In this document: positions 1-11,880 of the stretch, piece after piece
Numbering within the stretch: the first letter of the stretch is position 1
How the letters are laid out: each line of letters starts with the position of its first letter
NCBI RefSeq assembly: GCF_036365525.1
Contig: NC_090404.1
Span: forward strand, 9,920,001 to 9,984,000
DNA length: 64,000 nt
From: Heterodontus francisci
Lineage: Eukaryota
Reading direction: 5' to 3'
The notes under the pieces: generated by a model
Seen by the model: only the letters and a program-made list of their open reading frames with translations
Databases searched by the model: none
What the model was told of the DNA's origin: nothing
Translations under genes and position numbers: made by a program

Positions 1-206
1 CGGTGGGTGCAAGTACACCGTATATGTTAAGGCATCTCCCGGATGCTTTTTCATGTTGTTTTCCTTCCAATAAACAATATTATTTAAAGAACAGCTTGAG
101 GTTGATATCTCGAAATCGATTTATTTTCATATAGACAGTGAAGGCTAAATATTGGTGTCTGATTCTGAATATGAATCTTTGTTTGACTTTCATTTCTGTT
201 TTACAG

Positions 207-515
207 TTCCTTGCTCAATCGGTGATCCAGTAATTAAACTACTGCCACCATCAATAGAACAGGTCTTACTGGAGGCGACGGTGACCTTAACCTGCGTCGT
301 GTCTAATGCTCCTTATGGAGTCAACGTGTCCTGGACACAAGAAAAGAAGCCTTTGAAATCAGAGATTGCCGTCCAACCCGGAGAGGATTCCGACAGTGTG
401 ATCAGCACCGTAGACATCTCGACACAAGCCTGGCTGAGTGGGGCTGAGTTCTACTGTGTGGTGAGCCATCAGGACCTGCCGACTCCTCTCAGAGCATCTA
501 TCCATAAGGAAGAAG
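207..515 (+). CDS. IGHM: IgM heavy chain CH3 exon, cluster 1
   Basis: ttacag|TT..GAAG|gtgag, 309 nt, phase 1/1. Encodes (V)[48 protein letters not shown], a C1-set Ig domain. Confidence 0.97.
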
Positions 516-654
516 GTGAGCGGTGAGATTGAAGCAATAAGGGAGAGGTTGTGCTTATTTCCAGTGTTTGTACAAGGGGCAATTCGTCCTATTAAATGGT
601 TGAATGGATTATTCTGATAATTGAATTGTAATTCACTAATGGGCCTCTCCAGAA

Positions 655-813
655 CCATAGATGATGCATTTAAGGGGAAGCTAGATAGGTAGATGATGGA
701 GAAAGGAATAGAAGGAGATGAAGTGTGGTGGGAGGAGGTTCGTGTGCAGCTTAAACACCAGCACAGGCTAATTGGGCCGAAAGGCCTTTTCCTGTGCTGT
801 AAATTCTATGTAA
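655..813 (+). mobile_element. CR1 LINE 3'-end fragment in CH3-CH4 intron (copy also at ~63515-63673)
   Basis: tttaaggggaagctagatagg...gggccgaaaggcc..ctgtgctgtaaattctatg matches the CR1 tails seen elsewhere in the window. Confidence 0.7.
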
Positions 814-960
814 TATTCCAGAATAATCCTTTATGTTCTCAGCGAGAAGGATTGCATCCGCCTCAGCTCAGGGCTGGAAAGCAGGACATGCCCCAGAGGA
901 GAAAGGAAAACCTTTCTGGAATTCTCCAGTTTATTGACACTTATTTTAAATTTTCTGCAG

Positions 961-1352
961 TTAAAGATCTGCGGGAACCGTTCGTGTCCGTCCTCCTGCC
1001 CCCGGCAGAAGATGTCTCTGCTCAGAGGTTCCTCTCCCTCACCTGCTTAGTGAGAGGTTTCTCTCCCCGAGAGATCTTCATCAAGTGGACCGTCAATGAC
1101 AAGTCGGTGAATCCCGGTAACTACAAGAACACCGAGGTGATGGCGGAGAACGACAATAGGTCCTTCTTCATCTACAGCCTGTTATCCATTGCAGCGGAGG
1201 AGTGGGCCAGCGGCGCTTCTTACTCCTGTGTGGTGGGACATGAAGCGATCCCCTTGAAGATCATCAACAGAACAGTTAATAAATCCAGCGGTAAACCCAG
1301 TTTTGTGAACATTTCCCTTGCACTGTTGGACACTGTTAATTCATGTCAATGA
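961..1352 (+). CDS. IGHM: IgM CH4 exon plus secretory tailpiece, cluster 1 (CH4 961-1290; internal donor G|GTAAAC at 1290/1291)
   Basis: ctgcag| acceptor. [30 protein letters not shown], then tail [20 protein letters not shown] with an N-glycan sequon and penultimate Cys. Confidence 0.97.
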
Positions 1353-1380
1353 GAATCTCACGATTGCATTTCAATACTTA

Positions 1381-1396
1381 AATAAAAACCAATAAA
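1381..1396 (+). terminator. Polyadenylation signals of secretory mu mRNA
   Basis: AATAAA at 1381-1386 and 1391-1396, about 30 nt after the tailpiece stop. Confidence 0.8.
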
Positions 1397-1804
1397 GAAC
1401 TTTTCGTCCAATCGCGATTTAAATGCACAACCGCTCAATTAATTTTGCTTCCCACATTTTCTAGGGTAGGTCTATTCATCTAAAGTAGGATTTGTGCAGG
1501 TCTCGGGCGCACGTCTTCTAAAACCAGGGCTCCCAGTTCAGATACAACACAGGATCGCGACAGAGGAAAGCTGATTCATTACAGGATTCCGTAGAGTAAC
1601 TTCGACAATGTTCCTCCCATTGGGACGAAAGCTAAGATTTTCCATTTTCTAACAAACAAAAGCAGCACAGTTAGATCTCGGTGTGCCTGCTTTTGTGTTG
1701 TCCATCCCTTCAGAATCGGGGTCAGTTTTAAGTTGCAGCACACGAAGCACTGGGAACTGAAGTGAGGGCGCCAGACGAATACCAACAATATCCAAAATCA
1801 CCCA

Positions 1805-2040
1805 ATACATAGAGGGGAAAAGATAGTTCATCAACTCACTGTACCACCGCTTCCTAAACAGAGAGAGCAAAAGGGCAATTGTTAATCCACTGTAACTCCA
1901 CTTCTGGAATAGAGAGAGGGCAAAGGCAATTGTGAACCGTCTGTGCACCTCCCCCCAATTCCTCCAACAGATAAAGGAGCAAGGGCATTTTTTAACCCAT
2001 TAGATTCCAATTCCCCAACAGAGAGATTGGAAGACAATTG
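1805..2040. repeat. Degenerate ~55-bp minisatellite (~4-5 units)
   Basis: Recurrent aacagagag..aagggcaattg..aaccc..ctgt motif. Confidence 0.55.
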
Positions 2041-2409
2041 CTCTCTGTTATATGGTCTCAGCTGCCATCAGTAAAAATTCAGCTTCTAGTTCTCTGTGCG
2101 AATGTTTTAAATTTTCGACATGGGATTCATATTGTGAAGTATGCAACATAATATCTTTCAACTTTTCCCTGTTAATCTTATTCGAACAGATTGAATTCTA
2201 ATTGTCCAAATCTATCTGTTTTTTCACGCTTGTGTTCCTGATGTTTCTGAGGCCCAGCAATGCTGCGTGAATTCAGCTGATGTTATATTGCATCTCGCAC
2301 AGAACACATTTATACACAGAACAGTGAAGAATATTCTCTACAATGCACACTGTCAAGGCCAGGCCCGGTTATTGGTTCTCTGTGGAACTTTGAAAAATAA
2401 CAAAATTGC

Positions 2410-3160
2410 ACAGGCACGCAGACACAAACACACACATAAACACACTCACATGCACAACCACACACATACACTTACACACACGAACAGACCCAAATGCTGA
2501 TACAAATGCTCCCACAGACACACACACAAACATAAACATGAACAGACATAAAAGCACACACTAGGGTACATGTTAACACACATACATCGACGCACATACT
2601 CTCACATTACTAGAGTCACACAGGTACACACAAACACTTTGATAAATAGACACATTAACACATTCACTCACACAAATAAACACCAAAATGAATATGCTGA
2701 CACACACATATGGATACAGAAACAGGCACATAAACACATACAACAGCATACATATACAAATAATCACACATTAACACATGCATTAATACATAAATGTAGA
2801 CATCAAAACATAAACACACACATTATCACACTTTTGGGGACACAAGAAGACATAAGCAGGCACAGTAACATAACCCTTAAAACCACTGACACATAAACAC
2901 ACATTAATGTAGATCGAAACATAAACACATCCATTAACACAGAAACACAGATTAACAACCTCAAGGAGACACAAACGCACACATTAACCAATAGTCACAC
3001 ACGCATAAACACACGGACAGACAGACACACACACACAAAGGCACTTTGGCACACTACCACACATTAACATACATGGGCACACACACACACACACAGCCAT
3101 GAACATTTAAACAAACACATTAATGCACTTACACTTGGGTATATAAACTAACAAATGAAC
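2410..3160. repeat. CA-rich low-complexity tract (resumes ~4551-4675 after Penelope insertion)
   Basis: Degenerate (CA)n/(ACAT)n; the His/Thr-rich ORFs here are artefacts. Confidence 0.85.
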
Positions 3161-3164
3161 ACTA

Positions 3165-4550
3165 AAATAAAAGCAAAATACTGCAAATGTTGGAAATATG
3201 AAATAAAAGCAAGAAATGCTGGAAATACTCAGCAGGTCAGGCAGCATCTGTGGAGAGAGAAGCAAAGCTAATGTTTCAGTTCAGTGACCCTTCGTCAGAA
3301 CTGGCAAATGTTACAACTGGAATAGGCTTGAAGCAGATAAAGCGGGGGTGGATAAAGAGATAACAAAAGGCAAGGTGTTGATAGGACAGAGGGTCACAGA
3401 GAATAACTAACCAGAAGTTCAGGACCCTTGACAGCGTCTGGCCCATTTCCCACACCTCTACCCTCACCCACTCCCCTCTCTCCCAGAAGCATGACAGGGT
3501 TTCGCCTTGTCCTCACTTTCCACCCCACCAGCCTCCACATGCAAAGAATCATCCTCTGCCATTTCCATCACATCCAGCATGATGCCACTACCAATCACAT
3601 CTTCCCCTCCCCTCTCCTGCCAGTATTCCAAAGGGATCAGTCCCTCCGCCACTTCGTGGTCGACTCCTCCATTACACCCAACACCTCATCCCCTTCCCAC
3701 GGCACCTTTCCTTACAATCGCAGGAGGTGTAACACCGACACTTTTATCTCATCTCTTCTCACTATCCAAGGCCCCAAACATTTCTTTCAGGTGAAGCAGC
3801 GATTTACTTGTACTTCACTCAATTTAGTATACTGTATTCACTGCTCACAATGTGTTCTCCCCTACATTGGGGAGATCAAACGCCGATTGGGTGACTGCTT
3901 TGTGGAACACCTCTGCTCAGTCCGAAAACATAACTCTGAGCTTCCGGCTGCTTCCATCTCAATACACCCCCCTTGCTCTCATGCCCACATCTCTGTCCTG
4001 GGCTTGCTGCAGTGTACCCGTGAACATCAACCTAAACTCGAGGAACAACATTTCATTTACCGGTTAGGCATGCTGCAGCCGACCGGACTGAACATTGAGT
4101 TCAATAATTTCAGAGCATGTCGGGCCCCCCTTTTTATTTTTAGTTATTTTTCCTTTTTTTTATTTGTTTATTTTAGCTTAGTTTGTTTCATCATTCATTT
4201 TTTTTACCATGTGCTGACCCACTGCTCTGTGTTTTGGGTCAGGGCTGTTCATTATTCTGTCAATTAACATCCTCTCTGCACTGATGCGTTGTCTTTCAAC
4301 ACACCGTTCACGTTCCCTTTGCCTTTGCTGAATGGCCTTCTGGTCAGTCATTCTCTGTGACTTTCTGTCCTATCAACACCTTGCCTTTTGTTATCTCTTG
4401 CCCCACCCCGCTTTATTTGCTTAAACCTATTGCATTTCTAACATTTTCCAGTTCTGATGAAGGGCCACTGACATGAAACGTTATCTCTGCTTCTCTCTCC
4501 ACAGATGCTGCCTGACCTGCTGAGTATTTCCAGCATTTCTTGTTTTTTAT
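3165..4550 (+). mobile_element. 5'-truncated Penelope-like element: GIY-YIG endonuclease remnant with an inverted pLTR at its 5' end
   Basis: ORF 3428-4267 has FTCTSLNLVYCIHCSQC..PYIGEIKRRLGD..EH..EQHFIYRLG..PTGLN. 3165-3420 is the reverse complement of ~4335-4550. Confidence 0.88.
4448..4487 (+). ncRNA. Minimal hammerhead ribozyme motif in Penelope pLTR (degenerate; antisense copy at ~3266-3305)
   Basis: cagtt-CTGATGA-agggccactgacat-GAAAC-GTT-atct; catalytic boxes intact, helices mismatched. Confidence 0.55.
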
Positions 4551-5265
4551 ATGAAACAAATAAACACACTCATTAACACCCACACGCACACATGGATACA
4601 CAAACATAGGGTAATGCAAAACAAGAGATACTCATACAGACGTACACAAACACGAAAGCACACAAACAAAACCGCCAAACTCTTGACTTAAGCAGAATTC
4701 AAATGCATTCTTTAAACAGACACTGTCGCCAACAATTTCCCGAATATATGCTGGACCTACAATCACAATGAAACAATGTTCTCACTTAGTAATTGAGATA
4801 AATTAATGATTTAACAACCACTTTCATCACAACTAAACAAACAAGATTGGAACTCACATCCGATCCATCACCCAGCACCCTTGACAATATCCAAATAAGT
4901 CGCTATCTGAAACTATTTTCAAAATAATTGTTATCAATCATTAAACCTGCCTTGACATCTCACCATAATAATTCCCAATGATAGAACGAAGTTGATCCAA
5001 AATAAAACAGCGCCTGACATGCAAGAAAAAAACTAGCATCTTTTCCAACACGGCTTGGACAAGGATCATAAAGGAAGAACAGCTGTGGAGTTAGTAACAG
5101 AGATAGATTCCTGAACGTGATGCACTTGATAATTGATACACATTGAAAATTAAATTAGAGAATAGTATAATAATTGAAGGAAGAGAACTGCGAATGCAAA
5201 ATAGCAATCTTATATCCTGGATTAATAAGCAACCTAAATCTATTTCCTCCTCTACATCCCTGTAG

Positions 5266-5393
5266 ATTCCTCAGACCACATCTGGATTGAAGACAATGAG
5301 GAAGAGAGCGGCAACATCTGGACAACCGCTTCCACATTCATCATCCTGTTCTTCCTGAGCATTTTCTACAGTGCTGCCGTCACTCTGGTGAAG
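5266..5393 (+). CDS. IGHM: IgM transmembrane exon TM1, cluster 1
   Basis: tgtag|AT..AAG|gtgaga. DSSDHIWIEDNEEESGNIWTTASTFIILFFLSIFYSAAVTLVK carries the conserved antigen-receptor TM motif and is in phase with the CH4 internal donor. Not in the ORF track. Confidence 0.96.
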
Positions 5394-5534
5394 GTGAGAA
5401 TATTCAATCCACTCACACTTCAATTTGTCTGAAGCTGTTTAAAAAATCTCTAAAAGTTTCATGGATTAAAAAAACTGAGATGAAATTCCAGGACCAGGAA
5501 ATCTCTGCTTCATTCTTTTATCCCTCTTTTCCAG

Positions 5535-5543
5535 GTCAAGTGA
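5535..5543 (+). CDS. IGHM: IgM exon TM2 (VK-stop), cluster 1
   Basis: Polypyrimidine tract, then ccag|GTC AAG TGA, giving the KVK cytoplasmic tail. Confidence 0.93.
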   Translation, partial: VK

Positions 5544-5614
5544 TCGATTGAATTTCGGCCGCCTTGGATTTTCCTCATTTTTTTTAACATCTCTGCTTTA
5601 CGAAAAACTCCAAA

Positions 5615-5980
5615 AATAAAATTCCTTCAGTTTATGGTTCCGAATCTGTAGCTGAGAAAATCAGAAACATTATTTCCCATTTTTCTGTTTGAAATATTTG
5701 AGATGATCGTGGCTATAATGTAACTGTAATCTTCCAGTTTCACGGTTGTTTGAACTTCATGTGTAAATAAATAATTATTCCTTATCCACAATTGTTTCCT
5801 CCATTTATGTTGAGCCCCTGTTTTCTCTCTCTGGTCTGTTACAGTTTGACAAACTACTAACAGCTCAGACCGCATGTTTTTCTGTTCTCAATGTGACGTA
5901 CAGTTATTTTCATTTTGGACCCTGTTTTATGCAAAAAAAAGTCTTACCTATAAAATGTTCCTTTTGAAATTGTTAATAAA
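5615..5980 (+). terminator. Candidate polyA signals of membrane mu mRNA
   Basis: AATAAA at 5615, 5766 and 5975; which one is used cannot be told from sequence. Confidence 0.55.
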
Positions 5981-6349
5981 TCATGACTAACAAATGGACT
6001 AACTTAGACTTTGTTGAATTCCTTGCCAAAAAATCCATCCACTCCACTCTACCATGCTGTTGCACGTTTTTCTCCTTTACCGACAGCGATTTTTCACCAG
6101 TCCTGTCTGGTTGTTTCTGAACTCAAGGCTCTTCGTTGAAGGAGCCACTGCGCCATCCAGAGTTCCATTAAAGTAAAGACACCTTTCCCTCTGCATCATT
6201 CTGTTCATCCCCAGAGGCAGAATGACCGCACAGCGACCAGGAGCACCACGCTGACTTGTTCCATGTTACGAAATGTCACAGTCGCATGCCAGGTTATATT
6301 AAAGAGCAGCGTTCTGCACCCACACAGCCTGATACAAAATAGTATATGG

Positions 6350-6642
6350 AAGAATAATGTTCCATCAAACTTTTCCAGGGCAGGCAAGGCACAGGTTAGG
6401 TACAGAGTAAAGCTGCCTCTACAGTATCCCAAAACAGGTAGAACAGGAGTCAGGTACAGAAGAAGCTTCCTCTAAACTTTGCCAGGGCAATTGCAGCATG
6501 ACTTAGGTACAGAGTAAACTCTCTCTACATTGTCCCATCAAATAGTCCCAGTACAGGTACAGCACCGGTTAGATACAGAGTAAAAATCCTTGTATCGTGT
6601 CACATTCAACACTCCTATGATAGGTACATAATCGTTTAGATC
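6350..6642 (+). repeat. ~60-bp minisatellite (tcccatcaaacactcccagggcaggtacagcacgggttagatacagagtaaagctccctctaca..)
   Basis: About 5 diverged units; the same family recurs at 12250-12545 and inverted at ~55790-56180. Confidence 0.8.
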
Positions 6643-6654
6643 GAGAACACAAAC

Positions 6655-6970
6655 ACATGAGGGAGCACAAGCCCTGGGAATGATTCTGAGGGAATGGTGC
6701 ATATCTTACACAATATACAGTCGAGCACAAATTCTATGAATTATTCCAAGAGCCTGGGGTCCATCGGACATGCCAGGGAGTGCAAATCCTACCAAAGATT
6801 CCCACTGCCTGGGGCCTGTCTAATGCACCAGAGAGGGCAACCCCTGGGAATGATTTCCAAAGCCTGACGCCTAGGTGGCAAACAAGGAGGCACAGTTCCT
6901 GGGCTGATTGCCAGAACCTGGGTCCGATCTGACACAAGAGAGAGCAGAAACTTCAGAAATGATTCCAGGA
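6655..6970. repeat. Highly diverged ~60-bp minisatellite
   Basis: About 6 recurrences of gagcacaa..cctgggaatgattcc. Confidence 0.55.
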
Positions 6971-7210
6971 GGCCGAGGCCTATCTGATGAAGAAACCCAA
7001 TCTTTGCATTTTCTGTTCTACCCACAACTCAGACGCTTCACCTCTCCTGTCTCTCTCTCTCTCTCACACACATACACACTCCACCTGTTCTGTCAGACAC
7101 AGCCACACTCTCCGCTTTTCTGCTATGCACACGCTAACTCTCTGCTTCCACCTTTGCTGCCGTACACGTTACCCTTGCCCCTCGGTCACGCTTCCCTGAC
7201 GATCTCTGCT

Positions 7211-7535
7211 CAGCTCCATTCCTTCTGATACCATCTCCCTGAACTCACTGAACATCATCCCAGGGATCCTCTCTCTCTGCTCCATTCTCTCTGATATCAT
7301 CTCGCTGAAGTCACTGAACATCACTCCAAGGATACTCTCTCTCTGTGCTCCATTCCCACTGATAACATCTCCCCAAACATACTGAAAACGATCCCAGGGA
7401 TCCTCTCTGCCTGCTCGATTCCCTCTGATACAACCTCCATGAACTCAGTGAACATCACCCCTGGGATCCTCTCGCCCTGCTCTATTCCCTCTGATACCAC
7501 GTCCCTGAGCTCACTGAATATTCCTCCAGGGATCC
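7211..7535. repeat. ~62-bp minisatellite, 5 units
   Basis: ctccattccctctgataccatctccctgaactcactgaacatca.cccagggatcctctc repeated. Confidence 0.85.
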
Positions 7536-7799
7536 GCCAGTGACCTTCACACCTTCACTAGCCGAGGTTTCTCTCCACATCCATCACCGTGTCATTAAAT
7601 TCTTTCTTCGCCTCCCAACCATGGGAATATCTCCAGAGGTTTCTGTTCAGAACTGAATATCTTCAGACTTTTTCTTCATGTGCTGAACCGCTTTTTACCT
7701 GAACTCTGGGAGTTCAGGCGCCAGATCTTCTGTGTTTGAATATCATATCAGGGTAATGGAGGACAAAAATAGCGCCCCTTTTGAAGGGCTCAGAATGCT

Positions 7800-9378
7800 T
7801 TTGGGAATGGGTGTCTTTGATGCCTGAACTCGTTCTCTACCCCAATCTCTTTCCCCCCTTCTTCTGCACCACCATTATTCAGGGACGCCCTGCCTTTGAA
7901 GCCACATTTATCTTTAGACGCCATCATGTCTGCCAGCAGGTCTGGGTAGACATACTGGGTGCATGGCTCTTTTAAAATGCCATACTGACCCCTTCAGTCA
8001 CAACACTGAGTCAGAAGTCACAGGGGTTGAGCGGAGGCTGGAGAAGGCACGTGAACCCCTGACCCTGAATCAATGGGGAAAACAACCAATCACGGTGCTG
8101 GTTGCCTGTTATTCTCCTCACACACTCTTCCTCAACCCAGGATACCCCCGACTATGGTTGTCAGGGCCTTCAACTGTGTCTGGTCCATTTCCCGCATTTC
8201 TGCTCTCATGCCTTCCCCTGCCTCCCAGAACCATGACAGGGTTCTCCTTCTCCTCAGTTTCCAACTCACTAGCTTCCACATCCAGAAGATCATCGTTCGC
8301 CATTTGCGCCACATCCAGCGTGATGCCACCACCAAACACATTCTCCTCTCCCCTGTTAGCATTCCGAAGGGATCGTTCCTTCCGTGACAACATGGTCCAC
8401 TCCTCTGTTACCGCCGACACATCGTCCCCTTCCCACGGCACCTTCCCTTGCAATCGCAGGAGGTGGAATACTTGCTCGTTTACCTCCTGTCTCCTCACTA
8501 TACAAGGCCCGATACACTCCTTTCAGGTGAAGTGGCGATTTACTTGCACTTCTTTCAATTTAGTGTACTGTATTCGCTGCTCACAATGTGGTCTCCCCTA
8601 CATCGGGGAGACCAAACATAGATTGGGTGACCGCTTTGCTGAACACCTCTGCTCAGTCTGAAAGCATAACCCTGAGCTTCCGCTTGCTTGTCATTTCAAC
8701 AACCACCACCCCCCCACCCCCCGCTGCTCTCATGCCAACATTTCTGTCTTTCGCCTGCTCCAGTGTTCCAGGAAACATCAACGCAAGCTCGAGGAACAGC
8801 ACCTGATCTTTCTATTGGGCACTGGACAGCCTTGTGTACTCAACATTGAGTACAATAACTTCAGAGTATGACTGGCCTTTTGAAGATATTTTATTTTTTA
8901 GCCGTGTGCCTGCTTTTCATGCAGTCAGACCAGCTATTTATTCCACAATTAACACTCTCTCTGGACCAATGCCTTGTCTTTCATCACAAACATTAACACC
9001 TGCTTTGCTTTTGTCCCAGGACAGCTTTGTTATTAAGAAGGGTCACGATGAAGGGTCATTGACTCGAAACGTTAACTCTCTTTTCACTGATGCTGCCAGA
9101 CCTGCTGAGTGGTTCCAGCATTTCTTGTTTTTATTTCAGATTTCCAGCATCCGCAGTATTTTGCTTTTATTTGTTATTAAATCTCCCGCTGCCCTATCAA
9201 ACACCTTCCCTTTGTTCTCTCCCCCAACCGCCTCCGCTTCACTTGCTTCAAACTAATTCTTTTCTAACCTTTGCCAGTTCTGATGAAAGGTCACAGACCG
9301 AAAACGTTAACTTTGCTCCTTTGGCCACAGATGCTGCAAGACCTGCTGAGTATTTCCAGCACCTTTTGTTTTGTTTTT
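7800..9378 (+). mobile_element. Decayed Penelope-like element with tandem 3' pLTRs
   Basis: ORF 7963-8661 has FTCTSFNLVYCIRCSQCGLPYIGETKHRLGDRFAEH (GIY-YIG). Two tandem copies of the gatgctgccagacctgctgagt tail, each with a hammerhead-like motif. Confidence 0.85.
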
Positions 9379-9699
9379 AATACTCGATTCAAAGGAAAAC
9401 TGACTTCATTCTTCATCAAAATAACGGCTCGGCCTTAATATATAAAAATGAATGTTTGTTCTGCGTGAGTATGTAAAGCGCTGTGGGCATGAACATGTGC
9501 GGCCTGTTCCACAGATAGATGCCTTTCCCAGCCGCTGTGAATTATGGGAGCCACGGCCTGCGATGGCCCAGTCATTAAATGAGTCCATACAAACGCAACC
9601 TCCTTCCAGCCGGTAGGTGCCCGGAGTGTTGCCCCGACAGATTTAAAAGTGGGTTGCCAAGCTGGTGAAGTGATAACAGGGGGCTATATGTACGCTAAA

Positions 9700-11105
9700 C
9701 AGCGGAAGTATCATCCCATAGACAGAGCTAAGCGATCCCACAACCAACAGATCACATCAAAGCTCTGCAGTCCTGCAACATCCAATCGAGAATGGTGCTG
9801 AAGAAATATAAATTGAGGAGGAGGCTCCAAACAAATCCTCATCCTCGAAGATGAGGAAGCCCAGCACAACAATGCAAAAGACAAAGCTGAAATACTTAGA
9901 GCCAACTTCAGCCAGAAATGCCGAATGGGTGATTTATCTCAACCTCCTCCTGAGGTCCCCAGCATCTCAGAAGCCATTCTTCAGCTCATTCGATTCACTC
10001 CACGTGACATCAGGTAATGGTTGAAGGCACTGGTACAGCAAAGTTATGCGCCTTGACAACATCCCAGCTGCAGTACTGAAGACGTGCTCCAGAACTGCCG
10101 CATCTCTAGCCAGGCGGTTCCATGTACCCATAAACTAACACAGCTGCACAGATATACCCAGGAACTAACACAGTTGTACAGGTATACCCAGGCAGTAGCA
10201 CTGCTGCACAGATGTACCCAGGCACTAGCACTGCTGCACAGATATACCCTGGGAGTAGCACAGATGGACAATTAAGCCCAGGTATGAGCAAAGCAGGACA
10301 AATATAACAAGGCACTAGCAGTGTTGTACAGATTTACCCAGGCAATAGCACAGCTGGACACATATATTCCGGAACTATCACAGTTGGACTGGTATATCCA
10401 ACAACAGACAACTATAACACAGTCATGTACCGACAATGTGGAAAATTGGCCCGGTATGTCCTGTGCACAAAAGGTAGGACAAATCCAATCTGGCTAATTA
10501 CCGCCCCATCAGTTTACTCACGATCACCAGCAAAGTAATGGAAGGTGTCATTGACAGTGTTATCAAGCAGCACTTACTCAGCAATAACCTGCTCACTGAT
10601 TCTCAGTTTGGGTTCTGCCTGGCAACTCGGCTCCGGGCCTCATTACAGCCTGGATCGAAACATTGCTAATGGAGCTGATTTCTATACTTGAGGTGGGAGT
10701 GACTGCGCTTGACATCAAGGCAGCATTTTACCGAGTGTGTCATTAAAGAACCGTAGTAAAATTGAAGTGAATGGGAATCGGGGGAATACTCTCCACTGCT
10801 TGTAGTCATACCTAGCACAAATGAAGATGGTTGTGCTTATTAGAGGCCAATCATTTCAGTCCCAGGACATTGCTGCAGGAGTTCCTCCGGGTATGTCCTA
10901 GGCCCATCCATCTTCAGCTGCTTCATCAATGATCTTCCCTCCACCATAGGGTCAGACGTGGGGATCTTCACTGGTGATTGCACTGTTCAGTACCACTCGC
11001 AACTCCTTAGATATTAAAGTAGTTTGTGCTCACGTGCAGCAAGACTTGGGCAACAGATGGGCTTGGCTGTTAGGTGGCAAGTGACATCCGTGCCACACAG
11101 GAAGG
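9700..11105 (+). mobile_element. Decayed CR1/L2-group LINE RT fragment (family distinct from the main CR1s)
   Basis: Frameshifted motifs NYRPISL (10497), ALDIKAAF (10706), GVPPG (10878). Confidence 0.8.
10122..10415. repeat. 30-bp minisatellite inside the LINE
   Basis: gtacccagg(a/c)actagcacagctgcacagat, about 9-10 units. Confidence 0.9.
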
Positions 11106-11132
11106 TGATTAGTGTTTTGCTATTGAGCTTTA

Positions 11133-11265
11133 NNNNNNNNNNNNNNNNNNNNNNNNNNNNNNNNNNNNNNNNNNNNNNNNNNNNNNNNNNNNNNNNNNNN
11201 NNNNNNNNNNNNNNNNNNNNNNNNNNNNNNNNNNNNNNNNNNNNNNNNNNNNNNNNNNNNNNNNN
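11133..11265. other. Assembly gap (133 N)
   Basis: Run of N. Confidence 1.
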
Positions 11266-11574
11266 GCAAGACATCTGTTGTTGATAGTTAGGAGGATGGC
11301 TGTAGACGTCAGGAAGATTTCAATGGACTGGTCAGGTGGGCAGAAAAGTGGCAAATGGAATTCAACTGGGAGGAGTGTAAGGTGATGCAATTGGGAAGGT
11401 CAAACAAGGCAAAGGAATACCCAACTAATGGGAGAATATTGCGAGGTGTCGAGGATGTGAGGGACCTCGGAGTGAATGTCCACAGATCCCTGTAGTTCGC
11501 AGAACTGGCTGATAGGTCGTTAAGAAGGCATATAGAATCCTTTCCTTTATTACCCGAGGTACAGAATATAAGAA

Positions 11575-11880
11575 ATAAAAACAAAAATTGCTGGAAATAC
11601 TCAGCAGGTCTGGCAGCATCTTGGGAGAAAGAAGCAGAGTTAACGTTTCAGGTCAGTGACCTTTCATCAGAGCTGGCAAAGGTTAGAAATGTACTAGGTT
11701 TTAAACAAATAAAGCGGGTGTGGGGCAAAAGATAACAAAAGGAAAGGTGTTGTTAGGACACAGGGTCACAGAGAATACCTGACCAGAATGTCATGGAGCA
11801 AAGGGTGTGTTAATGGTGTGGTGAAAGGCAAAGCGTTGGTGCAGAGAGGGTGTTAAATGACCGAATAATGAATATTATAT
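11575..11880 (-). mobile_element. Penelope pLTR fragment with 12-bp target-site duplication
   Basis: Homologous to 3165-3420; agaatataagaa at both 11563-11574 and 11881-11892. Confidence 0.8.
11637..11677 (-). ncRNA. Minimal hammerhead ribozyme motif (best-preserved copy)
   Basis: Minus strand reads gccagct-CTGATGA-a-aggtc-act-gacct-GAAAC-GTT-aactc. Confidence 0.65.

Noticed and set aside
693-960. N-terminal extensions of Ig ORFs (also 152-206, 61461-61609)
   Set aside because: Intronic read-through outside the splice-defined exons.
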